Assembly (NCBI GenBank): GCA_013265495.1
Contig: MU058687.1
Coordinates: 62,001 to 126,000 of the forward strand
Length of the DNA: 64,000 bases
Direction of reading: 5' to 3'
Source: Vicugna vicugna
Lineage: Eukaryota
The position numbers were made by a program, and so were the translations under genes. Below, in pieces: positions 41,892 to 54,469 of the stretch (positions within the stretch are counted from its first letter, which is position 1; each line of letters opens with the position of its first letter). A model generated the notes under the pieces. The model saw only the letters and a program-made list of their open reading frames with translations, ran no database searches and was not told the origin of the DNA.

Positions 41892-44800
41892 TGTTGACCT
41901 TAAAAATAAGTCAGCTATTTGACTAGCCAAAATGGGTTAATTTGGGAATAGCAGAGAACTGCAATTTAGGACAAGCAAGCCACAGCAAAAACAATATGCA
42001 CATCCAACAAACCAAAGAGAGGAAAGATATTTTACAGAGAAAAAGGAGGAGGTTGGGAGGGGTGGTTTTGAACAAAAGTACATTGGAGAAAAGTGAGAAT
42101 TTGAGGTGATGGTGGTTTCTCATTGCTGAGTTGCTGGAGTAGTCAATTTCTTAGAGGGGATGCACTGTACAATTTTTCCCATTGGGGCTTGCAACTGATG
42201 ATTCTGTCCTGTTGATTTTTCTGTTGTGATCTGTAATTGACAATTCTTCCTGTAACTGATAAGGAGTGGTACTCCTGAGAGCTCCCCATTCTGGCGTCCT
42301 GACTCCATTTCAGTGAGGTTTCCTTTTATTAATTTTCACAGTTTTCCCCTTTTAATCAAGACCTTTCTCCAAACAGATTGCTGAAGAGTCAGTAGTCTTT
42401 TGTCTGTTGGTGCCAGGAAGGAGCTTTCCTGGCTGTCATGTCCTTCGTTGGAGGGAAACTGTAGAGACTAGAAACCTATTGAAGTCACATTTGAGTAACA
42501 AGGAGGGGGAGATGGGAGAACTTTCAGGTACTTTTCATCTTGAGTCAATATTTATCAGGATCCTAAACAGTGGAGATCATCTCCTCATTAGGTACACTGT
42601 TTTTAACATAGGTTTGACAGGCTACAAATATAGAATCAAAAGTAACATAACAATTCCAAATTGTATCATGGTTTTAAACCAGGACGGTAGGCCTGAAGGT
42701 TGCCAACTGAACAAATACTTATTGGTACTTACTCTGATTGCAGGGAGAAAAGTTCTCCCTATGGAGGCAAACCTAGAGTCATGTATGCCTCCTGGAAGTC
42801 CCCATTTAAGCAGCCATGAAAGCAAACTAGGATGGTGAATACAGCAAGAGCACACTCAGTTTGAAAGAATTAACTGAGTACATTTGGGGCACAGACAGAA
42901 AGCAATAGCTGAGGAGCTCTTTGTGAAGATAGAGAAACTTCAAAGATGTTTTAAAATAGTACTGTTATCTCAAACAAACTTTAGGAACCAAATGTGTTAT
43001 CAGTAATACAGCCTGTAAGGTTGCAAGTCCAGAGACCCTGAATTTGGATAAGAATCCGGAGTCAGTTAATGATTCAGATGAAAAGAGACTTCTGTGAATC
43101 CTGAACTGTCTAACAGTCCTAGGCTGGACATCTTGGCAAAGCTTGTCTGGTCAGATGTTGTCTGATTTAATTTCAGGAAATTTTTACTTTAGGTCTTCAT
43201 ATGGTACGAGGTCCAGTCAGGATTTGGTGCTCTTTTAGATATGTCACATGAAATGAAGAGTATTCCCTGGAGTCTGGCAGCACAAGGATAGGTTAGCAGT
43301 ACCTAAAAGCGGCCTTTCCAGTGAGGTTAAAAGCGTCTTTCTGGAGGTGTCTTTTCCAATAGATAAAATCTCCAGGTTGTAAGGTATGATGCTTAAAGTC
43401 TTCATACCCTGCGAGCTCACTGAGAAAAGACTGCTCTACCAAAGCATGGTTGTTTTTCCTGGAAACAAATAGGCTTTTACAATATTGAAGTGTACTGCCT
43501 TTTATCAGCTGCGGATCAAAAGTGGCAGGGGCCAGGTGCATTGGATATCCTGTGACTCTCTCAAAGGGTGGAGTTTGAGTTCCAAAGGCAGTGGATCTGA
43601 GATTTAGAAGGACCAATGGCAATTTTTGGCTAAGGTATTTGGAGAGTTTCTACGAATTTTGCCATTGAGTCTTAATAGTGCCCTTTGTTTGTTTGATTTA
43701 CACTGAGGATTCAGGATGGTAAGACAGCACAGTGAAAGTGGTGTAAAACCAGACAAACAGCACAGACTTACTGAAGTACCAGACTGGTAAAATGGGTTCC
43801 CTGATCACACTGCAGTTGAAGAGGGGTTCCCAGGTAGGGATGATCTCAAACAGAATCTTAGCTACAGAGGAAGAAGTAACTTCTCTATAGAGGAAAGTTT
43901 TGGTCCAGTGAGAAAACATACAAACTGTGAATAAAACATTTTTATCTATGAGACAGAAGAAGCTGTATGAAATCCATTTGCCAAAATGTGAACGGCCCAT
44001 TAGACAATTCAAATTGTGTGGGAAGAGTGCATATAGGCTTTCCTGGACTGTCTTTTGCACAGGTAAGTCAAGTGAGGTGTAGGTACTTTTTGTGACCTTA
44101 TTAATATTTCCCTACCAATATTTGTTCATGAATGCTATCATTTTATCAACAAATAGACATTGTTTAATGCATGTACAGTGCTAGGGAGTGGGAATTTTAG
44201 AATTTCTGGCAAGACTGGATTTTTAGTAAAGTATATAGGGGTTGGGCCATAAAAGAAAAATTTGGAATTAATTTTGAGAGTAGGTAGCTGGTCCGAGAAA
44301 ACCTATAATTAGAACTTAATTTTAGGTTTTGGGGAGTTTAGGATGTCACAAAATCTACCTGGATCCAAATATAGTGTTGCTATTGTCAGGTGTCCTGAAT
44401 ATCCAACTCGAGTTAGAGCAAACTGCAAACTTTCTATGGAGAGTGTGTGTCCCTTGAAGGCCAAAAGTTTTAACAGGGGGATGCTGTCTTCCCACAAAAG
44501 GTTTTGAGGAGAGCAGAGAAGCAAATCATTGACATACTGTAACAAAGTGCAGCCTGCAGAAAAGTGTATATCATCCAAATCAGCTTTCAAGACTTGTGAA
44601 AATGAAGAAGGACTCCCTGTGTAACCTGGGGCATTACTGTCAAGGTGTATTGCTTTTCTTCCCAAGTGAAAGCAAAAATGTATTGGCTAGCCTTATCAAT
44701 TGGAATACTAAAGAATGCACTGTATAAATAAACTGCAGTGAAAAACTTGCTTTCATTGGGAATGGATGTCAGTAGTGTGTGGGTGTTAGGAACAACAAGG

Positions 44801-47346
44801 TGTGGAGGATAAAAATATTGTTTATTGCTCGTAAGTCCTGGACAAACCTTCTGCCTCCGCCATTGGGTTTTCTCACAGACTAAATAAGAGTATTCCAGGG
44901 ACTAACAGGGGATAATGAGGCCTTGAGCCTTGTAATCCTCTATTATGGACTTGATGCCTTGAAAAACTTCTTTATTTCTAAGGTACTGATTAATTCTCAG
45001 GAGAGGTTTCGAAGGATATGTTTCACACTTGATGGGAGATGCACTGTGGATTCGGCCCTCATCAGTTGAAGATTTTGCCCATAAAGAAGATGGTGGCTGA
45101 TCCAAAAGGGACAATTGATTAGTGTCCCCCAGGTTCAGCTATAGTGCTGTCAGAAATGGAGCCAATAAAAGGTGTCATTTAATTCACTTGGTTGGCTATT
45201 CTGATTGCCACTGTGAAATTCCAGAATTATTTCTCCCTTCTAGGAGACAGAAATTCTAACATGATACTTTTCTAAGAAGTCTTGGTCTAGTAAATGAATA
45301 GGGTGAAGAAACTAAGGAGAAAAGGGTACATATCCCTCAAAAGCCTCAACAAAAGGGGATAGATTCAGAGACAGGAACTTCTTGAGATTCACTAGAGAGC
45401 CCCACTATTTGAACTGTTTCAGTACTCCAAAGCAGGGCTGCTTTATAGAAGTGGGATTTGTGCATGAGAGTATCTCTGGTGTGTCAGTAAGGAAGAGAGA
45501 TTTATCACCAATCTGGAGAACTGTTTCTCTGAGACAATCACGAGGGAGAATTGGGAAGAGCCTCTGTAGTTCCTGGGAGCCCCCTCTTTGGAAAGGCTGG
45601 CTAAGGGCTGAAGGCACCCAGAGAGCTAAAATCTGTAAATACATTTTTTTCAATGTCCTGGCTCTTTGCAGTAATAGGGGAACTAGGAGTTTTTTAGCTC
45701 TGTTTAGTGACCTTCAGTTGCCCAAGTTGAAAATTAAGAATTCTAGTGGTGCTTCTTTTAGTTGACTCATCTGGGGTGCAAACGAGCTGATTTGTCAAAT
45801 TATCTTAATCTGGAGTGGACAAAGTTTCCTATTCCACCCTGGTTCTTTTAACTGTAAGAGGAAGATCCTGGCTCAGCACATTAATAAAGTTAAAGACTAC
45901 CTGAGTGGATTCAACATCTGAAGGAAGACAGAATGTTCTTTGAAAACAATCTGAAATCAATTATAGTCATGAACAGGTTCATCAGATTTTTTTGTGCAAG
46001 ACTGAATTTTGTTCCAGTCAACATGCCTAGGAAAAGCTACTGTAATTGCTCAGTAGAGGTTTTCAGCAAGCATTCTAGCATTTTTCCAAAAGTTAGGGCT
46101 TTGTTTTCCTAAATCTGTTCAGAATGTTCCCATCAGGTAAGCTTCATCCAGTGTTCGGCTTGACTCTCACCAACAAGCAGGTGTACTAACTGACAGAAGT
46201 CTAAGCAACCAGGTTGGGAAGTTTGAATACCTGTCTGGCATAGAAGGGAGAGGGTGAGGGGCCTCAGAAGACTTTATGTTGTTTGACTTAGTTAATTTAG
46301 AAACTGTATTTTATAGAGGTAATTTCTAAATTCCTGATAATGTTTGGAAACCTTAAATGGCCAATCAAAATAGGCATCCAATTCAGTTTTAGGGAAAGTT
46401 AAGTTTGGGGAGTTCCAAAGTTCCCCATAATGTTGACTGGTGTTCTAAATTACTTTTGATTAAGTCGATCCATTTAGTTAGAAATACACATGAGGAGAGA
46501 CCAAGGTTTCAAATACAAAATCAGCTAGGATCACAGAAAGGGGGCATCTTCAAAGCATTTTGATGATGGGGATACTATTTCTTAATGTTTTTCTCTAGAG
46601 CAAAAGAAAAAATCCTAAACAGCACAGTCCCAATAGGCATAGCCCAGTTCCTAAAGGAATCAGCCCAAAAGCCAAAGGAGTATTCTCAGAAAGGTCAAAG
46701 CCTTTAAACAGATTCTGAATAAAGCTGGAGAGTTCAAAATGCACAGAATGGGGCTTAAAATCCAGGACAGACTTACTCTCAAACTCTAGGGTCCGCTAGA
46801 AGGCAGTGAGTTCATTGCGCTCTCTGAGTACTGGCTCCTGTTTCCTCAGCAGCCTGGGAGTTGTTGGGGGTCTTCCCTGGGTCCCACTTCTGATCACCAA
46901 GTAATAGTGACCTGAAAAATTAAGCAGTTATTTTACTAGCAAAAATAGGTTAATTCTGGAATAGCAAAGAATTGCAATTCGGGTCAGAAAGCCATGGCAA
47001 AAACCATAGGGAAGCCCAACAAAACGAGAGGAAAGTTATTTCATAGACAGAAAGGAGGAAGTCAGGAGGGGTTGTTTTGAATAAAAGTCCATTGTAGAAA
47101 AATCAGAGTTCAGGGTTGATGGTTTCTCATTGGCTAAGTTGCTGGGGTAGTCGATCTGTTGGAAGGGATGTAATGTACATCTTTTCTTATTCGGTCCTCT
47201 GATTGATGATTCTTTCCTGTTGATGATTCTTCTGTTTGATCTGCAATTGACAGTTTTTCCTATAACTGATGTGGTGTGGTACCGCATGAGAGTTCCCCTT
47301 CTGTCCTCTGAAATCCATTGTTAGAATTCCTTTATTAATTTTCACA
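41892..47346 (-). mobile_element. Decayed ERV1/class I-type provirus with two LTRs in ACOT intron 1
   Basis: Homologous LTRs at 41892-42340 and about 46905-47346. Leu-type PBS TGGTGATCAGAAGTGGGAC at 46881-46899 (-). PPT at 42341-42353. Remnants of gag (VDWNKIQSCTKKSDEPVHDY, about 45960-46023), RT (LLQYVNDLLLCSP), integrase (YHPESS, PLVLLNLRST, LQPGDFIYWKRH) and an env-TM-like stretch near 42620-42850. Confidence 0.88.
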
Positions 47347-48759
47347 CCACCTGCAATGTATGAGAGATCCAGTTGCTCCATATCCTCACTAGCATTTGGC
47401 ACTGTTTTACTTTGAGGGTAGTGGGTAGAGGGCAATGACTTTGCTGTTTTCATTGTCTGTAAATTACTTTGAGGCTCTGGGTGTATAGGGGAATGTAGAA
47501 TTAGTCCAAAACACTGTGCATCTTTGAAGACCAGAGTCTTTCAGCATTTCTGATTGTCAACAGAAAAATATGACATCACCAAGGAGGCAATAAATGGCTC
47601 TGACACCAGTGCAAAGAGTTTCAAGAACAGTTTTTTGTTTTGTTTCTTCCTAAGAACCTGGGCTCTTTCCTGGAATTGTGGACATTTTTGGAGTTGGAGG
47701 TGGCCTTCTGGAATATCGAGCTAGTCTGCTGGCTGGGAAGGGTTTTGCTGTGATGGCTCTGGCTTATTGTAACTATGAAGACCTCCCCATGGGCATGGAA
47801 AACCTACATCTGGAGTACTTTGAAGAAGCTGTGAACTACCTGCTTAATCACCCTCAGGTTGGCACTTCTCTAAGTTTTGTGTTCTATATGTCATCTCTCC
47901 TCTTAAATGCTCTTGATTTTCACACAACTTGACAAATTCATGACCATCACTCCCTGTCCCCAACACACGCTACCTTTCATAGTCACTTCTTTCAGACAGC
48001 TTCTATGCAGTTAGATGTTACTTTAAAAGATTTCCTGCTGGTAAAGATGTCCTAGTTGGAATTATGGAATTTTAAATTCCAGTATTTTACAGCATTTCAT
48101 TACAAGCCCAAACACATTGAGAACCCTCGGTCTGATATAGGAAGTAGGCAGAAAGGGAAGGGGATCCCTGGCCCCAGAAGGCCCCAGTTTAAATGTTTGT
48201 ATTCAACAACCATCCCTTCTTTGTGCCCCTCTAAGAGCAGAGTATGAAGTTTTAAGGAAGGAGCTGGTGGTCAAGAACCTAGGAAATGTTTTGAGGTTTC
48301 TAGGCTCAGGATATCAGAGGATCCAAAGATTAACCTCTCTTATTTTACAGTCAAACAGAGTTCAAAGTTCAAAGTGGATGAAAACTTTGGAGCTCTCAGA
48401 AAAGGTGATGGAGTGTAGTGGAACCAGCATAAAATATTTGACAGAGAAAAGTTAAATTTCAATTTTGATTTTACCAATTACTAGTTCCATGACCTTGGGG
48501 CCTCTGTTTCCTCCTCTGAAAAATTGGGATGATAATATCATCATCTAATTCGTGGTACTTTTAAGGGGAATAAATGGTTGAAATCAGTCAAGAGTGCTGT
48601 CATAGAATCTATAAGGTTAAAAAAAAAAAAAGACTGCTCTTGAGAGGTCAAGCAAAAGGCCATTTATAACACAAGAGTTTGGTAATTGACAAGAGCAGGC
48701 CTTCTGGAATAGGGCAAAGCCAAGTACCCTGGAGGGGACTGAGCAGACAATGAAGATCA

Positions 48760-49830
48760 GAAAGAGAACAACTACAGACAACTTTCCCCACAAGTTTTGC
48801 TGTGAGAGTGGAAACTAGAGCAGAGTGGATGTGAGGTCAAGGGGAATTGTTATTAAAATGTAATACATTCTAAAGCGTGCGGTACTGATGGGCCTGAGCC
48901 AGCAGAGAAGAGAGTTATGAAGGAGAGAGAGTGAGGAAGTAACTACAGGAGCAAAGTCCTTGAGAATGAGAGTGGATGGGATCTAAGCAGAGACAGAGTG
49001 GTGGCCTTTGAGAAGAACAAAGACACTTGGGAAACAGGAGGAAGGGGAGAGCTTGAGCTCATGTGGAAGTAAGTAGATTTTGCAGGGGAAAATGAGGACG
49101 ACTTCCTACCTAATAGCTTCCATTTTCTCCATGAAGTAGGAAGGGCTGAAAGTGAAAGGGAGGGGAGTTAAATGGGCTTTTGGAGATAGGGGACAGTGTG
49201 AAATGGTCTTTTGGAGAAGTGAAAAACAAACATCAGTGAAGGGTGGCAGGACTGAGGAGCAATATAGATGCTTATTTGAAATTCATGGTCATGACATGAA
49301 AGTAAGACCTGTCACACAAGCATGGATTTTTTTCTCCATCAGTGTTCATCTGCACAAATGCAGACCTGGAGGAAGTGAATAGTAGGTGGATTTAACTGAG
49401 GTTAGTATTTTTCCAGGCAAATATGACCAAGAGAGGTATTAAAGGAGTTATGAGTGTTTGCAAGGGAGCAAAATTAACGATGAAGCTTGAAATCTAAGCT
49501 GAATGAGGTGGGAATGGAGAACATGAGCGAGGTACTGACAGTGAGAAAGTGGTAGTCAGTCTCAAAGAGACTACTAGAATGGCTAAACTAGAGTAAGAGA
49601 GATGGTGATTAGGGAGTAGAATGCTTGGGCCTGAGATTTTGGAGATGATGTCCTTATTGATGACTCGGTTTAGGTTATGACAGTGGGAGTGTGTGGCTGA
49701 GGTGGGGTAGAAAAAAAGATCATTGGTGGTTTGGAGGTTAAGGAACTGAACGGCCAGTGTATTCAGTAGTCATCCACGAGACTGCTGAAGTCTCCAAGAA
49801 TGGTGATGGAGACATTGTGGAAAGCAATGT
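48760..49830 (-). mobile_element. Probable L2 remnant in ACOT intron 2
   Basis: Purine-rich, degraded sequence with L2-like motifs (agttttgctgtga, gtgggagtg...aagatcattgg); boundaries approximate. Confidence 0.45.
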
Positions 49831-52800
49831 AGAGAGGAAGGACAGTCAGCATCCCAAGGCTGCAAACCTTGGTAAATAGGAAAGCCCAGATTCAGGCTCA
49901 GTTCCTCCTGACTCTCAAGAACAGGCTCTACTCACCCGCTGCACTGTTTCTCTTGGACTCATTCTCCTTTTCCCTCTGTCTTTTTCTCAGGTAAAGAGTC
50001 CAGGAGTCAGGCTGCTTGGGACTTCCAAGGGGGGTGAACTCTGCCTCTCCATGGCCTCGTTCCTGAAGGGCATCACCGCGCCTGTCATAATCAATGGTTC
50101 TGTGGCCAATACCCTGGGAAACTTACACTACAAAGGTGAGACCTTGCCTCCCTTGGGTTTCAACCCAAAGCGAATCAAGGTGACCAAAGATGGCTTTGCA
50201 GACATTTTGGAGGTCCTGAACAGCCCTTTGGAAGGACCTAACCAGAAGAGCCTCATTCCTCTGGAAAGAGCTGAGAGCGCCTTCCTGTTCCTGGTAGGTC
50301 AGGATGACCACAACTGGAAGAGTGAATTCTTTGCTAATGAGGCCTCTAAACGCTTACAGGCCCATGGTAAGGAGAAGCCCCAGATCATCTGTTACCCAGG
50401 AGCGGGGCAATATATTGAGCCTCCTTACTTCCCCATGTGCCCTGCTTCCCTACACACCTTGGTGGGTGGTCCTGTCATCTGGGGAGGGGAGCCCAGGGCT
50501 CATGCCACAGCCCAGATGGATGCTTGGCAGCAGCTCCAGACTTTCTTCCACAAACACTTGGGTAGGGAAAAGAGGACAATCTCAGCAAAACTGTAAGCTT
50601 TTATCTGATTGTGTGGCATCTTTGATGCTAATCTATCTTGGGAACAGCTGCCACAATTAGTGTGTCTGTGTAGATTTTTTTCTTTTCAATAATTACATAG
50701 AGTTTTTCACCCCTTCACTGTTAAACTGGACTTACTAATAAGTTTTCAAGATATTTATAAATTATTTACTTTTTCAGTTGTTTGAGGGGACAGTGATTCT
50801 ACAGAAAACACAACGGTGGAGGAAAGCATACCTTTTAGTATCTAACAACACACAACCGATAATGCTGTACCTCTGAAAGGAAAAAACTAATACCTGATAA
50901 CCATGCCTGGTACTCAACTGGCGCACAGTAATTATTTGTTGAATTATTTATTATTATAATTTAATTTGTTTAATACTTAATTTATTAATGAATAAATGAC
51001 TACTGTGGAAGAAAAGCATTTAAAATATCAAAATACTATTCAGCTTTGAGTTTTTCCTTTAAGAATGGATGTGTTACATTAATTACTAATCTAGTTAGAT
51101 TACTACTTAGTTGTAAAGTTACTAACAGTTACTAAATTAGATTTCTACTTAGATGTAAAACTACTAAATATTTTCAAAGCAAATGCATTTTTAGTTCTTT
51201 GATAGCTACTCCTTGAATGAGTAAGGATTCTCCTAGTGCAGATAAACTAAGCTATGTTCCTATTGACACATATGTACCTTTATGATTTATTTGCTTTGAA
51301 AGCTGGTAAAACATTATTTTGGTGAGTTTCATAAGTGATTTTAATAATGATTAGCTTGCAAATAAATGATGACTTAGTATTCCCAACACTTGATAGAAAT
51401 AATTCCACAATAAACTTACTTAACTTTTCTAAAGTTTAATGTGTTCAAAATTTTAAAAATACATTAATTTATGATTATGATGTTCTGTTTCCTCAACTTT
51501 CTTTTTCAATAAAGCAATTCTTGACATTTGTTTTTCCCTGAAACTCAAAACTGTACAGTGCTTTTTGTTTTGTCAGCTTTTTCTTCTATACCACTGTGAG
51601 GCAGGTGTCATCTTCTTTTTACAGTTGATGAAATCGAGACTCAGTGAAATTCTCTGCATAGTACCTGTAGACTTGGGGCTCAGTCTCCCCATATAGTTTC
51701 TTCTCTCCTTGCTAAGCCCATCCATGCTCTCTGTGGGATAACAGCACCAGCCACAGGTAAAGGAAGTGGCTCTTCTTTCTCCTGTGTAAGTTTTCGGTGG
51801 AATTCCTGGACTTGGCAGTGTCAGGATGGGGGTTGTTTCAGGGTACCAGATGTTAAAATTACATATAGGAGTAGATCTGGAACCATGTCTGAACCCTGGC
51901 CTTGATGTGCTGTGATGGTTTTACAGGACCTGACAGACACCTCAAGATGCCTACACCCCTTCCCTTGATTGTTAACTATGTGTAAGTGATCTGCACTCCT
52001 CCCTTCCTCTCTCCTCTCTTTGTATCTCTCCTTCCACTACTGCCTGTAAACAGGGTGATCCAAGACATTGAAGGAACCTCCAGTTTATCAAGCTGGAATG
52101 CCAGGCTTCTCTAGAGATTCTGGGGCTGATCATGACGGATAAAAAGCAGAAGCAGGAGAGATTTGAAGGCCAATTAATGACCCATTCAAATTGTAGACTA
52201 TGTATTTCAAAAGACCCAAGATAATTTCCTCTTTAAATTCTTTTGGGTGGGAGAAGGTAAGAAAAGGCAGAATAGAGATGCCAGAGGCATGGGTTCTGGA
52301 GAGAGGAGTGAAACGACATACTACTGAGGTGAAAATTAGTAAAGAATTCAGAGGGATAGTGGCTTTTGGTATGGGTCTTAACTGATAGGATTTCTTTTTC
52401 TCTGAATCTAAAGTAATAAAATTTCATAGGAAACTTAGAAAATAGAGATTATTCAGTAGAAAAGGAGCTGCATATAATCCATTCACTAGAAACTAGTACA
52501 CTTAACATTTTAGTATATTTCCATTTTCCTCCAGCCTTTTATTTTCTGCATATGTATGAGTATTTTAGAAAACTGGGATTTTGTTGTGTGTATTGAGTTT
52601 TACTCAATTACATGTACATCCTTTTTTGCTTAATATCATATGATGATTATTTTACCATTTTTATATTATATTCTTCAAACGTATGACTTTTTAAAAACAG
52701 TGACTCATATTCCATTGGTGCTACTATCCTTCATTTAACCAATCCCCTATTATTAGGCCTTGACATCGTTGTTGGGTTTTCATTATAAAGTCTGGTCCTG

Positions 52801-53104
52801 TGGTGACAGGACTTGTACATGTGTTCAGTCTTTGTGTGTGTCATTGATTACTTCTTTAAGAGAGATAACTTTGAAAGGAAATTACTGGGTCAAAGTTATG
52901 AACACTTTTATGACTCTTTAGTATGCGTTCTGGAAACTGTCAGTCTACACCATCAGGGGCACTGTATGAGACACCCCTGTTGCATTACCAACACTGGTGC
53001 AATGTATGTGTGCATGCTGGGTGTGTGTCTCTAACCTTTTTATCTTTATTTATTTATTGGAGGTCTTCTCCATTTTATTTCTTTCATTGCACATATCCAG
53101 GTGT

Positions 53105-53885
53105 TTCTTTTTAACTGAAGTATAGTTTCTGTACAGTATTATGTGTTACAGGTTACAGTATAGTAATTCACAATTTTTAAAGGTTATATTCCATTTATAG
53201 CTATTATAAAATATTGGCTATATTCCTTGTATTGTACAATATATCCTTGTAGCTTATTTTATATCTAATAGCTTGTATCTCTTGATCCCCTACCACAATG
53301 TTGCCCCTTCCCCCTTCCCTCTCTCCACTGGTGACCACTAGTTTGTTCTCTATAAGTCTGCTTCTTTTTTGGTTTATTCACTAGTTTGTTGTATTTCTCA
53401 GATTCCACATATAAGTGATATTATACATTATTTGTCTTTCCCTATATGACTTATTTCACTTAGCATAATGCCTTCCTAGTCCATCCATGTTGCTGCAAAT
53501 GGCAAAACTTCTTTTTTATGGATGAGTAGTATTTCACTGCATATATATACACATATGCATATATGTATCTCACAACTTCTTTATCCATTCATCTGTTAAT
53601 GGATATTTAGGTTGCTTCCATACCTTGGCAATTGTAAATAATGCTGCTATGAATACTGGGGTGCATGTATCTTTTTGAATTAATGTTTTTGTTTTTTTCA
53701 GATATATACCCAGGAGTGGAAGTGCTGGGTCACATGGTAGTTATACTTTTAGTTTTTTGAGAAACCTCATACTGTTTTCCACAGTGACTGCACCAATCTA
53801 CATTCCCAGCAACAGTGTGTGAGGGTTCCCTTTACTCTACATCCTGGCCAACATTTGTTATTTGTGTCCTTTCTGATAATAGCTA
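53105..53885 (-). mobile_element. L1 3' fragment
   Basis: gtccatccatgttgctgcaaatggc and cccaggagtggaagtgctggg motifs. Confidence 0.85.
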
Positions 53886-54460
53886 TTGAGGCACATGGCA
53901 AGCTGGTGCATGAGTGGTAAAAGAATTTACCAGAGACAAAGAAAAGTTTAAGAAACAAAGGAGAAGTTTAATAGATATGCTGCTATAGGCAACAGTGGGC
54001 CACACAGATGAGAGGTGCCTGTGTGAGCGCTGGAGTGAACGTGCAGGGTCTTTTATTGGGGAAGGGGCTATGAACACAAAGGGATGGAGGCTGTGTGATC
54101 AGCTTGTGCACAGGTACCTGATTGGTTACAAGTGAGGTAAGACTTGTCAGGGGTTATTCTGAATAATGGGACTCCAAGAAGGGCAGGATGTGTAGTGAGG
54201 CCTGTCTGCCTGGGGAATGGTGAGATTAGCCATTTCTTAGGGTGGTTAGTTCTGTTAAGGTAAACACATGTCAAGGAAAAACGTTCTTTATCTTCTTTGT
54301 GAAATAACGCAGGCACACAGAGGATCCAGGAGTGGGGGTTAAGGCTGACAGTAGACTCCAGGCACATGAAGAGCCCAGGAGTGGGGGTTTTATGGACTTC
54401 GGAGAGCGCCAGCCCGCTCCACCAGAGCCATCTGGCCACTGGGAGGAAAAGGACATTTAC
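53886..54460. mobile_element. Probable LTR element abutting an L1 fragment
   Basis: L1 similarity stops abruptly at about 53885; LTR-like composition with duplicated aggagtgggggtt; family not identified. Confidence 0.4.
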
Positions 54461-54469
54461 TTTAAAAAA

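Larger units (their letters stand above)
39411..50596 (+). pseudogene. Unprocessed ACOT1/ACOT2-like (type I acyl-CoA thioesterase) pseudogene; exons 39411-39965, 47655-47857, 49991-50596
   Basis: Typical three-exon ACOT layout and motifs ([46 protein letters not shown]). The LEPMGLLW segment is replaced by a frameshifting deletion at about 39744, with TAG at 39752-39754 in the native frame. The catalytic His is CAA (Gln) at 50408-50410. Confidence 0.88.

Noticed and set aside
42622..42855. env-like ORF as a co-opted syncytin-type gene
   Set aside because: Only a short degraded fragment; no long env ORF.
50051..50596. 181-aa ORF as a functional short thioesterase
   Set aside because: It is only part of exon 3, starts after the nucleophile Ser and lacks the catalytic His.
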